Counted from the first letter of the stretch, positions 28,101 through 41,862 are shown. The stretch is DNA of 64,000 nt from Balanoglossus misakiensis (GCA_040954595.2 CM082589.2:9684894-9748893), one strand, 5' to 3'. Translations and numbers: made by a program. The notes: generated from the letters alone by a model not told the origin.

Positions 28101-31100
28101 ACGCATATGGGGATTTAAAGTTGATTGAAAATCCCTAGGTTAATACATGGCCAAAAGCACTGTAATTTAAAATTGCAAATGCAATGGTGACATTGAATGT
28201 CATTCTTTGCATTAGGGGAAATGGCGTAGCAAGCATAATGGTACATCAGAGTAGATGGTGATGTAAGCTCTGCACTTTGACATAGATATTTAATGCATAT
28301 GCATGGGTATTTAATGTCGACTGTAAATCCCCAGGTTAATATATGTCCAAAAGCACTGTAATTTAAAATTGCTAATGCAAGGGTGACATTGAATCTGATT
28401 CTTTGCATTATGGGGAATGGCGATGCAAACCTAATGATGCATCAGAGTAGATGGTGATGCAAGCTCTGCACTTTGACATAGGTATTTAATGTATATGCAT
28501 GGGTATTTAAAGTTGTCTGTAAATTCCCAGGTTAATACGTGGCAATAAGCACTGTAATTTGACATTGCTAATGAAATGGTGACGCTGAATGTGATTTTTT
28601 GCATCAGGGTAAATTGTGAAGCAAGCTTGATGATGCATCAGGATAGATGGTGTTTCAAGCCCTTCACTTGACATTGGAATATAACGCATATGGGGATTTA
28701 AAGTTAATTGCAAATCCATAGGTTAATACATGGCCAAAAACACTGTAATTTAAAATTGCTAATGCAATGGTGACATTGAATGTGATTCTTTGCATTAGGG
28801 GAAATGGCGTAGCAAGCCTAATGGTGCATCAGAGTAAATGGTGATGCAAGCTCTGCACTTTGACATAGGTATTTAATGTATATGCATGGGTATTTAAAGT
28901 TGTCTGTAAATTCCCAGGTTAATACGTGGCAATAAGCACTGTAATTTGACATTGCTAATGAAATGGTGACGCTGAATGTGATTTTTTGCATCAGGGTAAA
29001 TTGTGAAGCAAGCTTGATGATGCATCAGGATAGATGGTGTTTCAAGCCCTTCACTTGACATTGGAATATAACGCATATGGGGATTTAAAGTTAATTGCAA
29101 ATCCATAGGTTAATACATGGCCAAAAACACTGTAATTTAAAATTGCTAATGCAATGGTGACATTGAATGTGATTCTTTGCATTAGGGGAAATGGCGTAGC
29201 AAGCCTAATGGTGCATCAGAGTAAATGGTGATGCAAGCTCTGCACTTTGACATAGGTATTTAATGGATATGCATGGGTATTTAATGTTGACTGTAAATCC
29301 TCAGGTTAATACGTGGCCATAAGCACTGTAATTTGACATTGCTAATGCAACGGTGACATTGAATCTGATTCTTTGCATAAGGGTGAATGGCGATGCAAGC
29401 TTGATGATGCATCACGGTAGATAGTGATGCAAACACTTCACTTTGACATGGGTATCAAATGCATATGGGGATTTGCTAATGCTACCATGACACTAAATCT
29501 GATTTTTTGCATCAGGGAAAATGGTGAAGCAAGCTTGATGATGCATCATGATAGATGGTGTTTCAAGCCCTTCACATTGATATTAGAATATAATGCATAT
29601 GGGGATTTAAAGTTGATTGTAAATCCCCAGGTTAGTATACGGCCAAACGCACTATAATTTGACATTGCTAATGCAACAGTGACATTGAATCTGATTCTTT
29701 GCATTAGGGCAAATGGCGAAGCAAGCTTGATGATGCATCACGGTAGATATTGATGCAAGCACTTCGCTTTGACATAGGTATAAAATTCATATAGGGATTT
29801 CAAGTTGATTATAAATCCCTGGGTTAATATGTGGCCGAAAGCACTTTTATTTGCCATTGCTAATGCTATGGCGACACTAAATCTGATTCTTTGCATCAGG
29901 GTAAATTGTGAAGAAAGCTTGATGATGCATCAGTATAGATGGTGTTTCAAGCCGTTCAAGTTAACATTGCAATATAATGCATATGGGGATTTGAAGTTGA
30001 TTGTAAACCCGCAAGTTAATACATGGCCAAATGCTCAGTAATTTGACATTGCTGATGCTATGGTGACACTGATTATTTGCATCAGGGTTAATGGCGAAAC
30101 AAACTTGATGATGCATCAGGGTAGATGGTATTTCAAGCCCTTCACATTGACATTGGAATATAATGCATATGGGGATTTAAAGTTGATTGTAAATCCCCAG
30201 GTTAATACATAGCCAAAAGCACTGTAATTTGACATGGCTAATGCTACTGTGATACTAAATCTGATTCTTTGCATCAGGGCATATAGCGAAGCATGCTTGG
30301 TGATGCATCAGGATCAATGGTGATGGAGACACTGCACTTTGACATGCGTATTTAATGCATATGCACAGATGTTTAAAGTTGACTGTAAATCGCCAGGTTA
30401 ATACGTGGCCAAAAGCACAGTAATTTGACATTGCGAATGCAACAGTGACATTTAATCTGATTCTTTGCATTAAGGCAAATGGCGAAGCATGCTTGACGAT
30501 GCATCATAGTAGATAGTGATGCAAACACTTCGCTTAGACATGGGTATAAAAAGCATATAGGGATTTCAAATAGATTATAAATCCCTGTGTTAATACGTGT
30601 CCAAAAGCACTGTAATTTGACATTGCTTATGCAATGGTGACACTATATCTGATTCTTTGCATCAGGGCAAATGGCGAAGCAGCTTGATGATGCATCAGGA
30701 TAGATGGTGATGCAAGCTCTGCACTTTGACATGGGGATTAAATGCATGCTGAGGGGGATTTAAAGTTGTCAAAACAAACTTGATGATGCATCAGGGTAGA
30801 TGGTATTTCAAGCCCTTCACATTGACATTGGAATATAACGCATATGGGGATTTAAAGTTGATTGTAAATCCCCAGGTTGATACGTGGCCATAAGCACTGT
30901 AGTTTGACATTGCTAATGCTACCGTGACATTAAATCTGATTCTTTCCATCGGGGTAAATTGTGAAGCAAGCTTGATGATGCATCAGGACAGATGGTGTTT
31001 CAAGCCCTTCACATTGACAATGGAATATAACGCATATGGGGATTTAAAGTTGATTGAAAATCCCTAGGTTAATACATGGCCAAAAGCACTGTAATTTACA

Positions 31101-34100
31101 ATTGCAAATGCAATGGTGACATTGAATGTCATTCTTTGCATTAGGGGAAATGGCGTAGCGAGCATAATGGTGCATCAGAGTAGATGGTGATGCAAGCTAT
31201 GCATTGTGACATAGGTATTTAATGCCTATGCATGGGTATTTAATGTTGACTGTAAATCCCCAGGTTAATACATGTCCAAAAGCACTGTAATTTAAAATTG
31301 CTAATGCAAGGGTGATATTGAATCTGATTCTTTGCATCAGGGCAAATTCTGAAGAATGCTTGATGATGCACCAGGGTCAATGATGATGCAATCACTAAAC
31401 TTTGACACCGGGGTTTAAAATGTATACAGGGGGATTAAAAGTTGACTGTAAATCCCCAGGTTTCAAGCCCTTCACAATGACATTGGAATATAACGCATAC
31501 GGGGATTTAAAGTTGATTATAAATCCCCAGGTTAATACATGGCCAAAAGCAATGGTGACATTGAATGTGATTCTTTGCATTAGGGGAAATGGCGTAGCAA
31601 GCCTAATGGTGCATCAGAGTAGATGGTGATGCAAGCTCTGCATTTTGACATAGGTATTAAATGTATATGCAAGGGTATTTAAAGTTGTCCGTACATCCCG
31701 AGGTTAATACGTGGCCATAGGCACTGTAATTTGACATTGCTAATGCTACCGTGATACTAAATCTGATTCTTTGCATCAGGGAAAATGGTGAAGCAAGCTT
31801 GATGATGCATCAGGATAGATGGTGTTTCAAGCCCTTCACATTGACATTAGAATATAATGCATATGGGGATTTAAAGTTGATTGTAAATCCCCAGGTTAGT
31901 AAACGGCCAAACGAACTGTAATTTGACATTGCTAATGCTACAGTGACATTGAATCTGATTCTTTGCATTAGGGCAAATGGCGAAGCAAGCTTGATGATGC
32001 ATCACGGTAGATATTGATGCAAGCACTTCGCTTTGACATAGGTATAAAATTCATATGGGGATTTCAAGTTGATTATAAATCCCTGGGTTAATATGTGGCC
32101 GAAAGCACTTTTATTTGCCATTGCTAATGCTATGGTGACACTGATTATTTGCATCAGGGTTAATGGCGAAACAAACTTGATGATGCATCAGGGTAGATGG
32201 TTTTTCAAGCCCTTCACATTGACATTGGAATATAATGCATATGGGGATTTAAAGTTGACTGTAAATCGCCAGGTTAATACGTGGCCAAAAGCACAGTAAT
32301 TTGACATTGCGAATGCAACAGTGACATTTAATGTGATTCTTTGCATTAGGGCAAATGGCGAAGCATGCTTGACGATGCATTACTGTAGATAGTGATGCAA
32401 ACACTTCGCTTTGACATGGGTATAAAAAGCATATGGGGATTTCAAGTTGATAATAAATCCCGATGTTTATACATGGCCAAAAGCACTGTAATTTGACATT
32501 GCTAATGCAATGGTGACATTGAATCTGATTCTTTGCATCAGCGTAAATGGCGAAGCATGCTTGATGATGCATCACAGTAGATAGTGATGCAAACACTTCG
32601 CTTAGACATGGGTATAAAAAGCATATAGGGATTTCAAGTAGATTATAAATCCCTGTGTTAATACGTGTCCAAAAGCACTGTAATTTGACATTGCTAATGC
32701 CATGTTGACATTATATCTGATTCTTTGCATCAGGGCAAATGGGGAAGCAGCTTGATGATGGATCAGGGTAGATGGTATTTCAAGCCCTTCACATTGACAT
32801 TGGAATATAACGCATATGGGGATTTAAAGTTGATTGTAAATCCCCAGGTTAATACGTGGCCATAATCACTGTAATTTGACATTGCTAATGAAATGGTGAC
32901 GCTGAATGTGATTTTTTTGCATCAGGGTAAATTGTGAAGCAAGCTTGATGATGCATCAGGATAGATGGTGTTTCAAGCCCTTCACTTGACATTGGAATAT
33001 AACGCATATGGGGATTTAAAGTTAATTGCAAATCCCTAGGTTAATACATGGCCAAAAACACTGTAATTTAAAATTGCTAATGCAATGGTGACATTGAATG
33101 TGATTCTTTGCATCAGGGCAAATGGCGAAGCAGCTTGATGATGCATCAGGATAGATGGTGATGCAAGCTCTGCACTTTGACATAGGTATTTAATGCATAT
33201 GCATGGGTATTTAAAGTTGTCTGTAAATTCCCAGGTTAATACGTGGCCATAAGCACTGTAATTTGACATTGCTAATGCAACGATGATATTGAATCTGATT
33301 CTTTGCATCAGGGTAAATGGCGATGCAAGCTTGATGATGCATCACGGTAGATAGGGATGCAAACACTTCACTTTGACGTGGGTGTTAAATGCATATGGGG
33401 ATTTGCTAATGCTACCGTGACACTAAATCTGATTCTTTGCATCAGGGAAAATGGTGAAGCAAGCTTGATGATGCATCAGGATAGATGGTGTTTCAAGCCC
33501 TTCACATTGACATTAGAATATAATGCATATGGGGATTTAAAGTTGATTGTAAATCCCCAGGTTAGTATACGGCCAAACGAACTGTAATTTGACATTGCTA
33601 ATGCTACAGTGACATTGAATCTGATTCTTTGCATTAGGGCAAATGGCGAAGCAAGCTTGATGATGCATCACGGTAGATATTGATGCAAGCACTTCGCTTT
33701 GACATGGGTATAAAATTCATATGGGGATTTCAAGTTGATTATAAATCCCTGGGTTAATATGTGGCCGAAAACACTTTTATTTGCCATTGCTAATGCTATG
33801 GCGACACTAAATCTGATTCTTTGCATCAGGGTAAATTGTAAAGAAAGCTTGATGATGCATCAGTATAGATGGTGTTTCAAGCCGTTCAAGTTAACATTGC
33901 AATATAATGCATATGGGGATTTAAAGTTGATTGTAAACCCCCAAGTTAATACATGGCCAAACGCTCAGTAAATTGACATTGCTAATGCTATGGTGACACT
34001 GATTATTTGCATCAGGGTTAATGGCGAAACAAACTTGATGATGCATCAGGGTAGATGGTATTTCAAGCCCTTCACATTGACATTGGCATATAATGCATAT

Positions 34101-35135
34101 GGGGATTTAAAGTTGAGTGTAAATCCCTAGGTTAATACATAGCCAAAAGCACTGTAATTTGACATGGCTAATGCTACTGTGATACTAAATCTGATTCTTT
34201 GCACCAGGGCATATAACGAAGCATGCTTGATGATGCATCAGGATCAATGGTGATGGAGACACTGCACTTTGACATGTGTATTTAATGCATATGCACTGAT
34301 GTTTAAAGTTGACTGTAAATCGCCAGGTTAATATGTGGCCAAAAGCACAGTAATTTGACATTGCGAATGCAATGGTGACATTGAATCTGATTCTTTGCAT
34401 TACGGCAAATGGCGAAGCATGCTTGACGATGCATTACTGTAGATAGTGATGCAAACACTTCGCTTTGACATGGGTATAAAAAGCATATGGGGATTTCAAG
34501 TTGATTATAAATCCCGATGTTAATACATGGCCAAAAGCAGTGTAATTTGACATTGCTAATGCAATGGTGACACTATATCTGATTCTTTGCATCAGGGCAA
34601 ATGGCGAAGCAGCTTGATGATGCATCAGGATAGATGGTGATGCAAGCTCTGCACTTTGACATGGGTATAAAATGCTTGCTGAGGGGGATTTAAAGTTGTC
34701 GAAACAAACTTGATGATGCATCAGGGTAGATGGTATTTCAAGCCCTTCACATTGACATTGGAATATAGTGCATATGGGGATTTAAAGTTGATTGTAAATC
34801 CCCAGGTTAATACCTGGCCAAAAGCACTGTAATTTGACATTGCTAATGCAATGGTGACACTATATCTGATTCTTTGCATCAGGGCAAATGGCGAAGCAGC
34901 TTGATGATGCATCAGGATAGATGGTGATGCAAGCTCTGCACTTTGACATGGGTATAAAATGCTTGCTGAAGGGGATTTAAAGTTGTCGAAACAAACTTGA
35001 TGATGCATCAGGGTAGATGGTATTTCAAGCCCTTCACATTGACATTGGAATATGGTGCATATGTGGATTTAAAGTTGATTGTAAATCCCCAGGTTAATAC
35101 GTGGCCAAAAGCACTGTAATTTGACATTTCTAATG
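19127..35135. repeat. ~193-196-bp satellite DNA array (~80 monomers) with higher-order structure
   Basis: Monomer AAAGTTGACTGTAAATCCCCAGGTTAATACGTGGCCAAAAGCACTGTAATTTGACATTGCTAATGC...AAGCTTGATGATGCATCA.... Near-identical multi-monomer blocks recur at offsets 6382, 6769 and 4901. Confidence 0.95.
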
Positions 35136-35136
35136 A

Positions 35137-35274
35137 TGGTGAGATGTTGTTTGCTCCCCAGGGAGTTGAATGGAATAGTAAGGTCCAACGACCTAGGTCA
35201 AATTACCATGGGACAACTTTAAAGCATGTTGAGATTTAATGTGCTACATAAGTTATAAATATTATATTAATATT
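35137..35274 (+). mobile_element. 5'-truncated SINE (3' tail only) fused to the satellite end
   Basis: Matches the 3' part of the SINE at 36871 (TGTTGTTTGCTCCCC...GACCTAGGTCAAAT...GTGCTACATAAG...TATTATATT). The same junction recurs at ~37775, ~51697 and ~55795. Confidence 0.75.
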
Positions 35275-35909
35275 TAGGGGTTATTACACGAATTTTGGTC
35301 GATAACGCGTCGTATTCGAGTGATGTCCGTATTTTGATGAGTTGCGCTTCGCAACGAGTCAAAATACAGACATCACGAGAATGCGTCGCGTTATCGACCA
35401 AAATTCGTGTAATAACCTCTTTATCATACATGCCTACCTATAAAACAGTACGATTTGCAGAAATGCGCCGAGAAAAATAATTTCAAATTTGAACCGGGCG
35501 CTGGGATCACGGCAGTAGCCATGTTGTGACGTATGACGTGTGGGCCGTAGTATCATTTTAAGGGGGTTGGCAGCTTTCATTACGATGGGCACATCCACAT
35601 TCTAAATAAAATTGTCTACGTTCTCTTTCAAAATATCATGTTAACAATTATTTTGCATTGAGAATTTCGAAGAACTAAAAATGATGCATTCAACATGACA
35701 AAACCGCCAGCTTTGAAAACTTTATTACAGCTTCTAATAACCGAATTTTACAACACCCCTCTCCACTATGCCCCGTGTGTCGCTCGCGCGCGCAGTGAAC
35801 TGTCACGCCGAGACGTGGACGCGATATTTTCACATTGTGAAATACCGTAAAATATCTTCGGGGCGAGAACAATAGAAAGTGTTAAATACAGGCGTTGCAT
35901 GTATGATAA
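35275..35909 (+). mobile_element. Non-autonomous element with terminal 139-bp palindrome and asymmetric inverted repeats (Crypton-like)
   Basis: Palindrome at 35279-35417. TTATCATACATGC (35421-35433) is inverted to GCATGTATGATAA (35897-35909). Flanked by TAATATT direct repeats and absent from paralogous sites at ~37910 and ~51830. The family assignment is an inference from structure. Confidence 0.75.
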
Positions 35910-36860
35910 TATTACATAAACAACACTCTTACTTAGCTAAGGAAGTGGTCAGATGAAATATATTTGCAGAGCTGACCAATTCTTTAAGGAAAATTAAAGT
36001 TGGGTATTTTGGATGTATTCATACCTACAAACTGTGTTATGTATGGGACGTTGATGTTGCCTAATACGTCTCCACATTAACTTGAATTATTAACAGCAGC
36101 TATACAAGGCAGCGTATGGAAAGATCATTGTAAGACATACACAACACTTTTATGGAGCATGGGAAATGTTCATGAGAACTGTGTTCTCGGAGCTCAAAAC
36201 TGTGTTATGAGAAATTCAAGCTGCTAAACTTGCGTGTCTCTAAATTTACTGAAACCGTGATAATGAGCAAAAGAAGGCAACGTATAGGAATGCCATTCTA
36301 CCACATACTGTTACTCAACACTTCTATTAAGCATGGGAAATAGTATTGAGAACAGTATTCTCAAAGTTGACAAACTGTGTTATGTGTAGAATATCCAAAT
36401 TGCCTAATTGGCAATCGTTAGCAACCAGTTGTCTTCAAGAGGGTTTGGGGCACCAACCTCAACATGCTTTAAGTCTTTAGTGATCTAGCAAGTTAGCCTG
36501 CATATCGAGCAACTGTTAATGGAGTGAGTTGCTCAATGATAGGAAACTCCTTTGTTCATTTTCAAAATAAAAACCAAAAATGTGAACAAAACACACTGAA
36601 TTATGTATGGGATATATGGGATTGCCTAATTTGCGTGTCTCCACATTTACTTAAACTCTCACAGGGAGACAAATGTCACAGCAGACGGAAAAATGATTAT
36701 GCCACACACAGCACTTTTATTTAGCACGGGAACTGGTCTTGGGAAATGGGAGCTGACACACTGAATTTTTGGAAATTCAAAGAGCCTAATATGCATGTTT
36801 CCATATTTGCTTAAACCCTGACTGAGAGCTGAACAAGGCACTAAATGGAAAGGTCATTGT
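35910..36860. repeat. Ancient degenerate ~170-bp tandem repeat
   Basis: Recurring AACACTTTTATT..GCATGGGAAAT..GAGAAC..CTCAGAGCTGACAAACTGTGTTATG, also at 37920-38410 and 51840-52500. The latter carries one extra 168-bp unit. Confidence 0.6.
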
Positions 36861-36870
36861 GCCACATAAA

Positions 36871-37211
36871 GTCATAGTCCAGTCGTTAGAGCATCAGACC
36901 CATAATCAAAGAATCAAGGGTTTGATCCCTGGCATGGTTGTGGTGTTGTGGTGTTTACATCTCCTTGCCTCTCCCCGCCCATAAGAAAAGGTAATTTGGT
37001 GGATCCGATATTGTAATGAGTATGTTTAGGTCTGCTGTGCTGATATAAAAGCTGCACATGTGAGCTGTTGTTTGCTCCCCATGGAGTGGGATGGAATATT
37101 TTAGGTCCACCGACCTAGGTCAAATTACCATGGGAAACACTTTGAAGCAGCACATTGAGATTTATTGTGTAATGTGCTATATAAGTAATAAATATTATAT
37201 TGATATCATTA
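36871..37211 (+). mobile_element. tRNA-derived SINE (CORE-like body, L2-like tail)
   Basis: A-box TAGTCCAGTCG and B-box-like GGTTTGATCCC; tail AAGCAGCACATTGAGAT...GTGCTATATAAG followed by TAT-rich sequence. Short deletion in the body relative to the copy at 54927. Confidence 0.8.
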
Positions 37212-37284
37212 CATAAACAACACTCTTACTTAGCAAAGGAAGTGGTCAGGTGAACTATATTCGCAGAGCTGACCAATTGTTTAA

Positions 37285-37615
37285 AGGGGCAAAGTCTCTC
37301 TTTCGCCACCATTGTTCAATTAAGTTTGATACATGAACCCATTTATGTTATTCTACATGTGGCTATATAGTGAATCAACATTCAACCAACAACTTTCATC
37401 CCGTTTGTAGAATCTGAGAGTAAAAATCTCGCAAAAATGAATAAATGGTAAACACCGATTATTCAATTTGGCGAGTTTTTTCATTCTTGTGTGTACAAGT
37501 GGGGTGGAAGTTGTGTTTGGTCGAACATTGATTCACTATACAGCCAACATAAACGATGTCTTGTATCAAACATAATTAATGGTAAAAAGGGCAGCGAGAG
37601 AGACACTTTGTCCCT
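37285..37615. mobile_element. Kolobok MITE (331 bp, palindromic), TTAA TSD
   Basis: TTAA|AGGGGCAAAGTCTCTC...CTTTGTCCCT|TTAA. Empty TTAA sites in paralogs at ~35985, ~37990, ~51905 and ~56010. Termini match the element starting at 39364. Confidence 0.9.
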
Positions 37616-37675
37616 TTAAGTAAAATTCAAGTTGTGTAATGTGGACATATTCACATTTACAAACTGTTTTATAGT

Positions 37676-39363
37676 CACATGGGGATTAAATGCATATGCA
37701 TGTGTATTTAAAGTTAACTGTAAATCCCCAGGTTAATACGTGGCCAAAAGCACTGTAATTTGACATTTCTAAAGATGGTGAGATGTTGTTTGCTCCCCAG
37801 GGAGTTGAATGGAATATTTATGTCCAACGACCTAAATCAAATGACCATGGGACAACTTTAAAGCACATTGAGATTTAATGTGCTACATACGTTATAAATA
37901 TTATATTAATATTATTACATAAAAAACACTCTTGCTTAGCAAAGGAAGTGGTCAGGTGAAAAATATTTGCACAGCTGACCAATTATTTAAGGAATATTAA
38001 AGTTGGGTAATTTGGACGTATTCATACGGGTGTTGGTCAATGGAAAGTCCTTTGTTCATTTTCAAAATGGCAACCAAAAATGCGAACAAAACACACTGAA
38101 TTCTGTACGGGATATTGATGTTGCCTAATTTGCGTGTTTCCACATTTACTTAAACTCTCACACGGAGACAAATGTCACAGCAAACGGAAAAATGACTATG
38201 CTACACACAACACTTTTATTGATCATGGGAAATGTTCATGAGAATTGTGTTATGGTACTTTTCGGGGCTCACGAACTGTGTTATGGGAAATCTGACAAGG
38301 AATCTAAACTGTACCACATACACAACACTTTTATTAAGCGTGGGACATGGTCCTGAGAACAATATTCTCAGAGCTGACAAACTGTGTTATGTGAAATTCA
38401 TGTTGCCTATTTCATGATAATGGCTTGTGGTACACAAGGGTTAACAGCAATCAGCAATTGCTTGTATGATAGGTATGATGATCGATTTATAAATTTCAAT
38501 GGTATAATAATGGGCAACACATGTGGAAGTGTTTAATAAACAGTTAACTAATGTGGTGATGGTTTGTGGTAAAATTGAGGGTACACAGATTATAATGGGC
38601 CAAAACAATGAATATAATAGAGGTTGATGATGGTGAAGGGTTTCATATGAATGGTGTAATAAAGGTTAACAAATGTGGTGATAGCTTTGGTGTACAGGGC
38701 TGTTGATATATTTAGTAATGACAAAGGTATAATAATGATAAAAGCTTAAATAAGTGTTGGGGCACAATCTTCACATTGGTTAATGTGTATATTTTATTAA
38801 TATCATGCTATTGTTTATCAGTTAGATCATAATCAGGATTTTTCCATGCACATCGTCACCATGATTCAGCGGAATTCTTCTGAATAGTACCTGTGATCAT
38901 TTTTCCGCACCGACGCATTGTACGCGACAGACATGCAGAAAATATTAACATGTAACTCACAGGCATAATGTTAAATCTAAACGACTGTACGTTAGGTTAG
39001 CTTTACCTCCCCACCCCATCCAAATTCCAAATTTAGCTTGCCATGCAGTTTTCGGGTAGTACCAATTCGGAAACTTTCATGGTTCATTCATCGAACCAAA
39101 TATTGGATTTGACACACTGTGCCATGGGTGGGTAAAGCATGGTGAAATGTTGGCGGTAAACTTTAACCAGGCAGGTCACATGAAATGAAGATATTATCCT
39201 TTGAGTTTGATGACATACATGATAAGATATGTCAGTTTTGACACCTTTTTGCAGACATAGATGCTGATGTATTTTTTCCATTGGACACAGTAGTCAAAGT
39301 CCAGTCTGTGTTTAAAATGATACCCTGGTCACACACAGTGAGAAATATCAGCCTTTGACTTAA
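37676..39363. repeat. Segmental duplication, copy 1 (paralog ~51600-53461)
   Basis: Colinear high similarity up to GCCTTTGACTTAA, where copy 1 carries the Kolobok insertion and copy 2 is empty (TTAA 53458-53461). Confidence 0.88.
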
Positions 39364-41440
39364 AGGGACAAAGTCTCTCTCTTTTTGCCTTTTTTCCATT
39401 ACTTTTGATTCATTCAAGACACTGTGTATGTTATTTTAAATGTTGATATATAGTGAATCAACGTTCGACCACACACAAGTTCCATCCCGCTTGTAGACAC
39501 GAGAGTAAAAAAATCACCAAAATGAATAATCGTTCTTTACCATTTATTCGAGCGCGGACGCGGGCCGGGCTTCGATCATTACCAATGTGCGCATGTGCAA
39601 GGGTATATACACAAAATGAAACGTCATACATATAATTATAGCTGTAGCGACAGTCATGGCGGATGCTTTGGCGTCTGTTCCCAGTAGCAGTGGTAAACGT
39701 AAACGTGCTCGTGGCCGCCCACAAACCACTGCTTCGGCAAAAAAACGTAAACAATTGCTGAAACAAGTAGGTCAGATAAACATTTTCTCGGAAATTCATC
39801 GTTGGAATGAAATCAAACGCTCCTTGGTATTGGAAACGAACCGCCAGGTCGCAAAGGTACTGATCGACCGGTAAGTACATATTCGTGCATTCACTGTGTA
39901 CGTACTCCATAGCCAAAGATACGGCATGAATTGTGTACATGAATTTAGAATCTGTGTCTCACAGAATCACTGCGAGCATCATCTCAATGTAATTCTAAAT
40001 GTGCTGTTTCAAGTCGTATTTCACTTAGTGATTTTGCCCAGCGCATACCTCGCCCTCGACCAGCAGTTGTATGTAGTACGCTGGACCGTTTGTATCAATG
40101 TATGACTATGCGAGATAAATTGTACGGTACTGCAATTTTTTTTTTTTTTCTTTTTTTTCCTCCGGACAATCTACATGTATTACTGTTATCGAACATACGA
40201 GACAATATGCTTTTAGCGGAATTTGGTTGTTCTTTGTTCTGCTACAACTTCCGTTTTGTTATAGCCAGTTGTGTACATTTCTTGAGCTGTATATGAACTG
40301 AAGAAAAATTTGGCTATTTTCTCGTAGTTATCTTATTCTCACCTTACGTGTCTGTAACCTGTCCTCTGAGGCAAATTATGGCTGTGTGTAATCCCTTCTA
40401 AAGACAGAAATTGGCTACGTAAACAAGCCATTGTAAAGGCAAAAAAGGTTCATTGTGTCTTATTATTTGTGTGGACAGGTATTATGAACATCAAGTTACA
40501 GCAACAACAGATGCAGAATTTACCAGGCCTGCATCATCTCCAAGTGGCCAAGAAACACTGCAAGTATTTGCACCGTCTATGGAAACTAGGTACCAAATAA
40601 ATTTTGATCATGATACTTTGAGCTTTGTATAGTACACAATAGATTTTCATATTTGATGGGGCTCTTGCAGTATACATGATGTATATTGTTTTAAAGAGGT
40701 GACATGTTTTTATGGCTCATGAAAAGTAATTGTGTCCGTAATATAATTTATAGAAATGAAACAATGAAATGTTGCATTCCACATAGTTATCTGTGTGATA
40801 GATGGGAATACCTAAAAGTATATATTTGTTTCTTAAAATTTATAGGCAACGTGATGATCAAGGACAAGCCACCCAAACTTTTCCTATGACATCAACGCCA
40901 GGAAATGGCCATCTTTGTGATATCGAAAAAAATTTAGAAGAATTAGTTGCATCAGAAATATCATCAGTCAGGTAGGTGTTTAAGCACTGTTTTTTTACAT
41001 TGCATGATAATTTCAATGCTTCTAGCCACAATCTGTAGTATGAGGAAAAGCCTCTGCTCAAACTCTCAGGTGACAATAATCAACATAACAATGGCGAAGT
41101 ATACCTGACATTTGCCCTCCAATAAACAACCAAAATCATCCTATACAATTTATTCAGTGTGTTGACCAAGACATTCACGTCTATGGTTTTAATCCAGCAA
41201 ACATAGGTTTTTCACTGCTTACTGGTTGGGGGATTAGGGGGAACTGGAACCTACAACGTTTGTGCAGACCTAGTTTGTCATGTATCAAATTTTAGTCTTT
41301 TTTTTCTTTGTACAGGGTTTCTTCCATCTCTGGAATTGCAGAGATAGATGTTCAGGAGATAGGAGAATCATCACAAGAGAAACCTATGGAATCTACAGAA
41401 GGCCCATCACAGCCAGTACAAAGTGAAAGGTATGACACTA

Positions 41441-41862
41441 TCTTTTCTTACACTCCCCGTACGCTGGGAGTGTGAGAACAGAGTGTGGGAACAAATTGTT
41501 CTCACAATCTCACTGAATAGAAAGCTGTATATGACGTGAGTGCTGATTGGTTAACAAAGTGTTCTGTCGCTACGCGCACTAAATGTTATCCAATGGCGCG
41601 ATGTGTATTACAGGCACAGAGACTACAACGTGCCCCCAGACAACAATTCCAGAGTCATTTATTCAATGTTTTTAACGAACTTGGCTAATTTGTGACCGTG
41701 TGAGAAAAAGAATCTCACACACCAAGGACCTGGGATCATATTTCTCACACTCGTCGGGGATATTCTGTCCCACACGAGCCTGCGGCTCGTGTGGGACAGA
41801 AAATCCCCAACTCTTGTGAGAAATGTGATCCCAGGTCCTTGGGAGTGTGAGATTCTATTAAT
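41441..41862 (-). mobile_element. Second hairpin/asymmetric-IR non-autonomous element (Crypton-like), intronic
   Basis: ~148-bp palindrome at 41709-41856; TTTTCTTACAC (41443-41453) is inverted to GTGTGAGAAAA (41698-41708). Same layout as the 35275 element in reverse orientation, with unrelated sequence. Confidence 0.7.

Noticed and set aside
19127-35135. Satellite as a decayed ankyrin-repeat gene (DGDTAL, ALHI/ALHF-like translations; ~2x33 codons)
   Set aside because: Sub-motifs are spaced ~110/86 bp rather than 99/99, monomer length varies out of frame, stops are in the consensus, and the rest of the ankyrin pattern is missing.
36871-36945. tRNA gene (also at 54927)
   Set aside because: Degenerate B box and no clean cloverleaf; continues into SINE body and tail.
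39458-39940. 160-aa minus-strand ORF and other antisense ORFs over Kolobok/Gypsy genes
   Set aside because: Shadow frames of the real plus-strand coding sequences.
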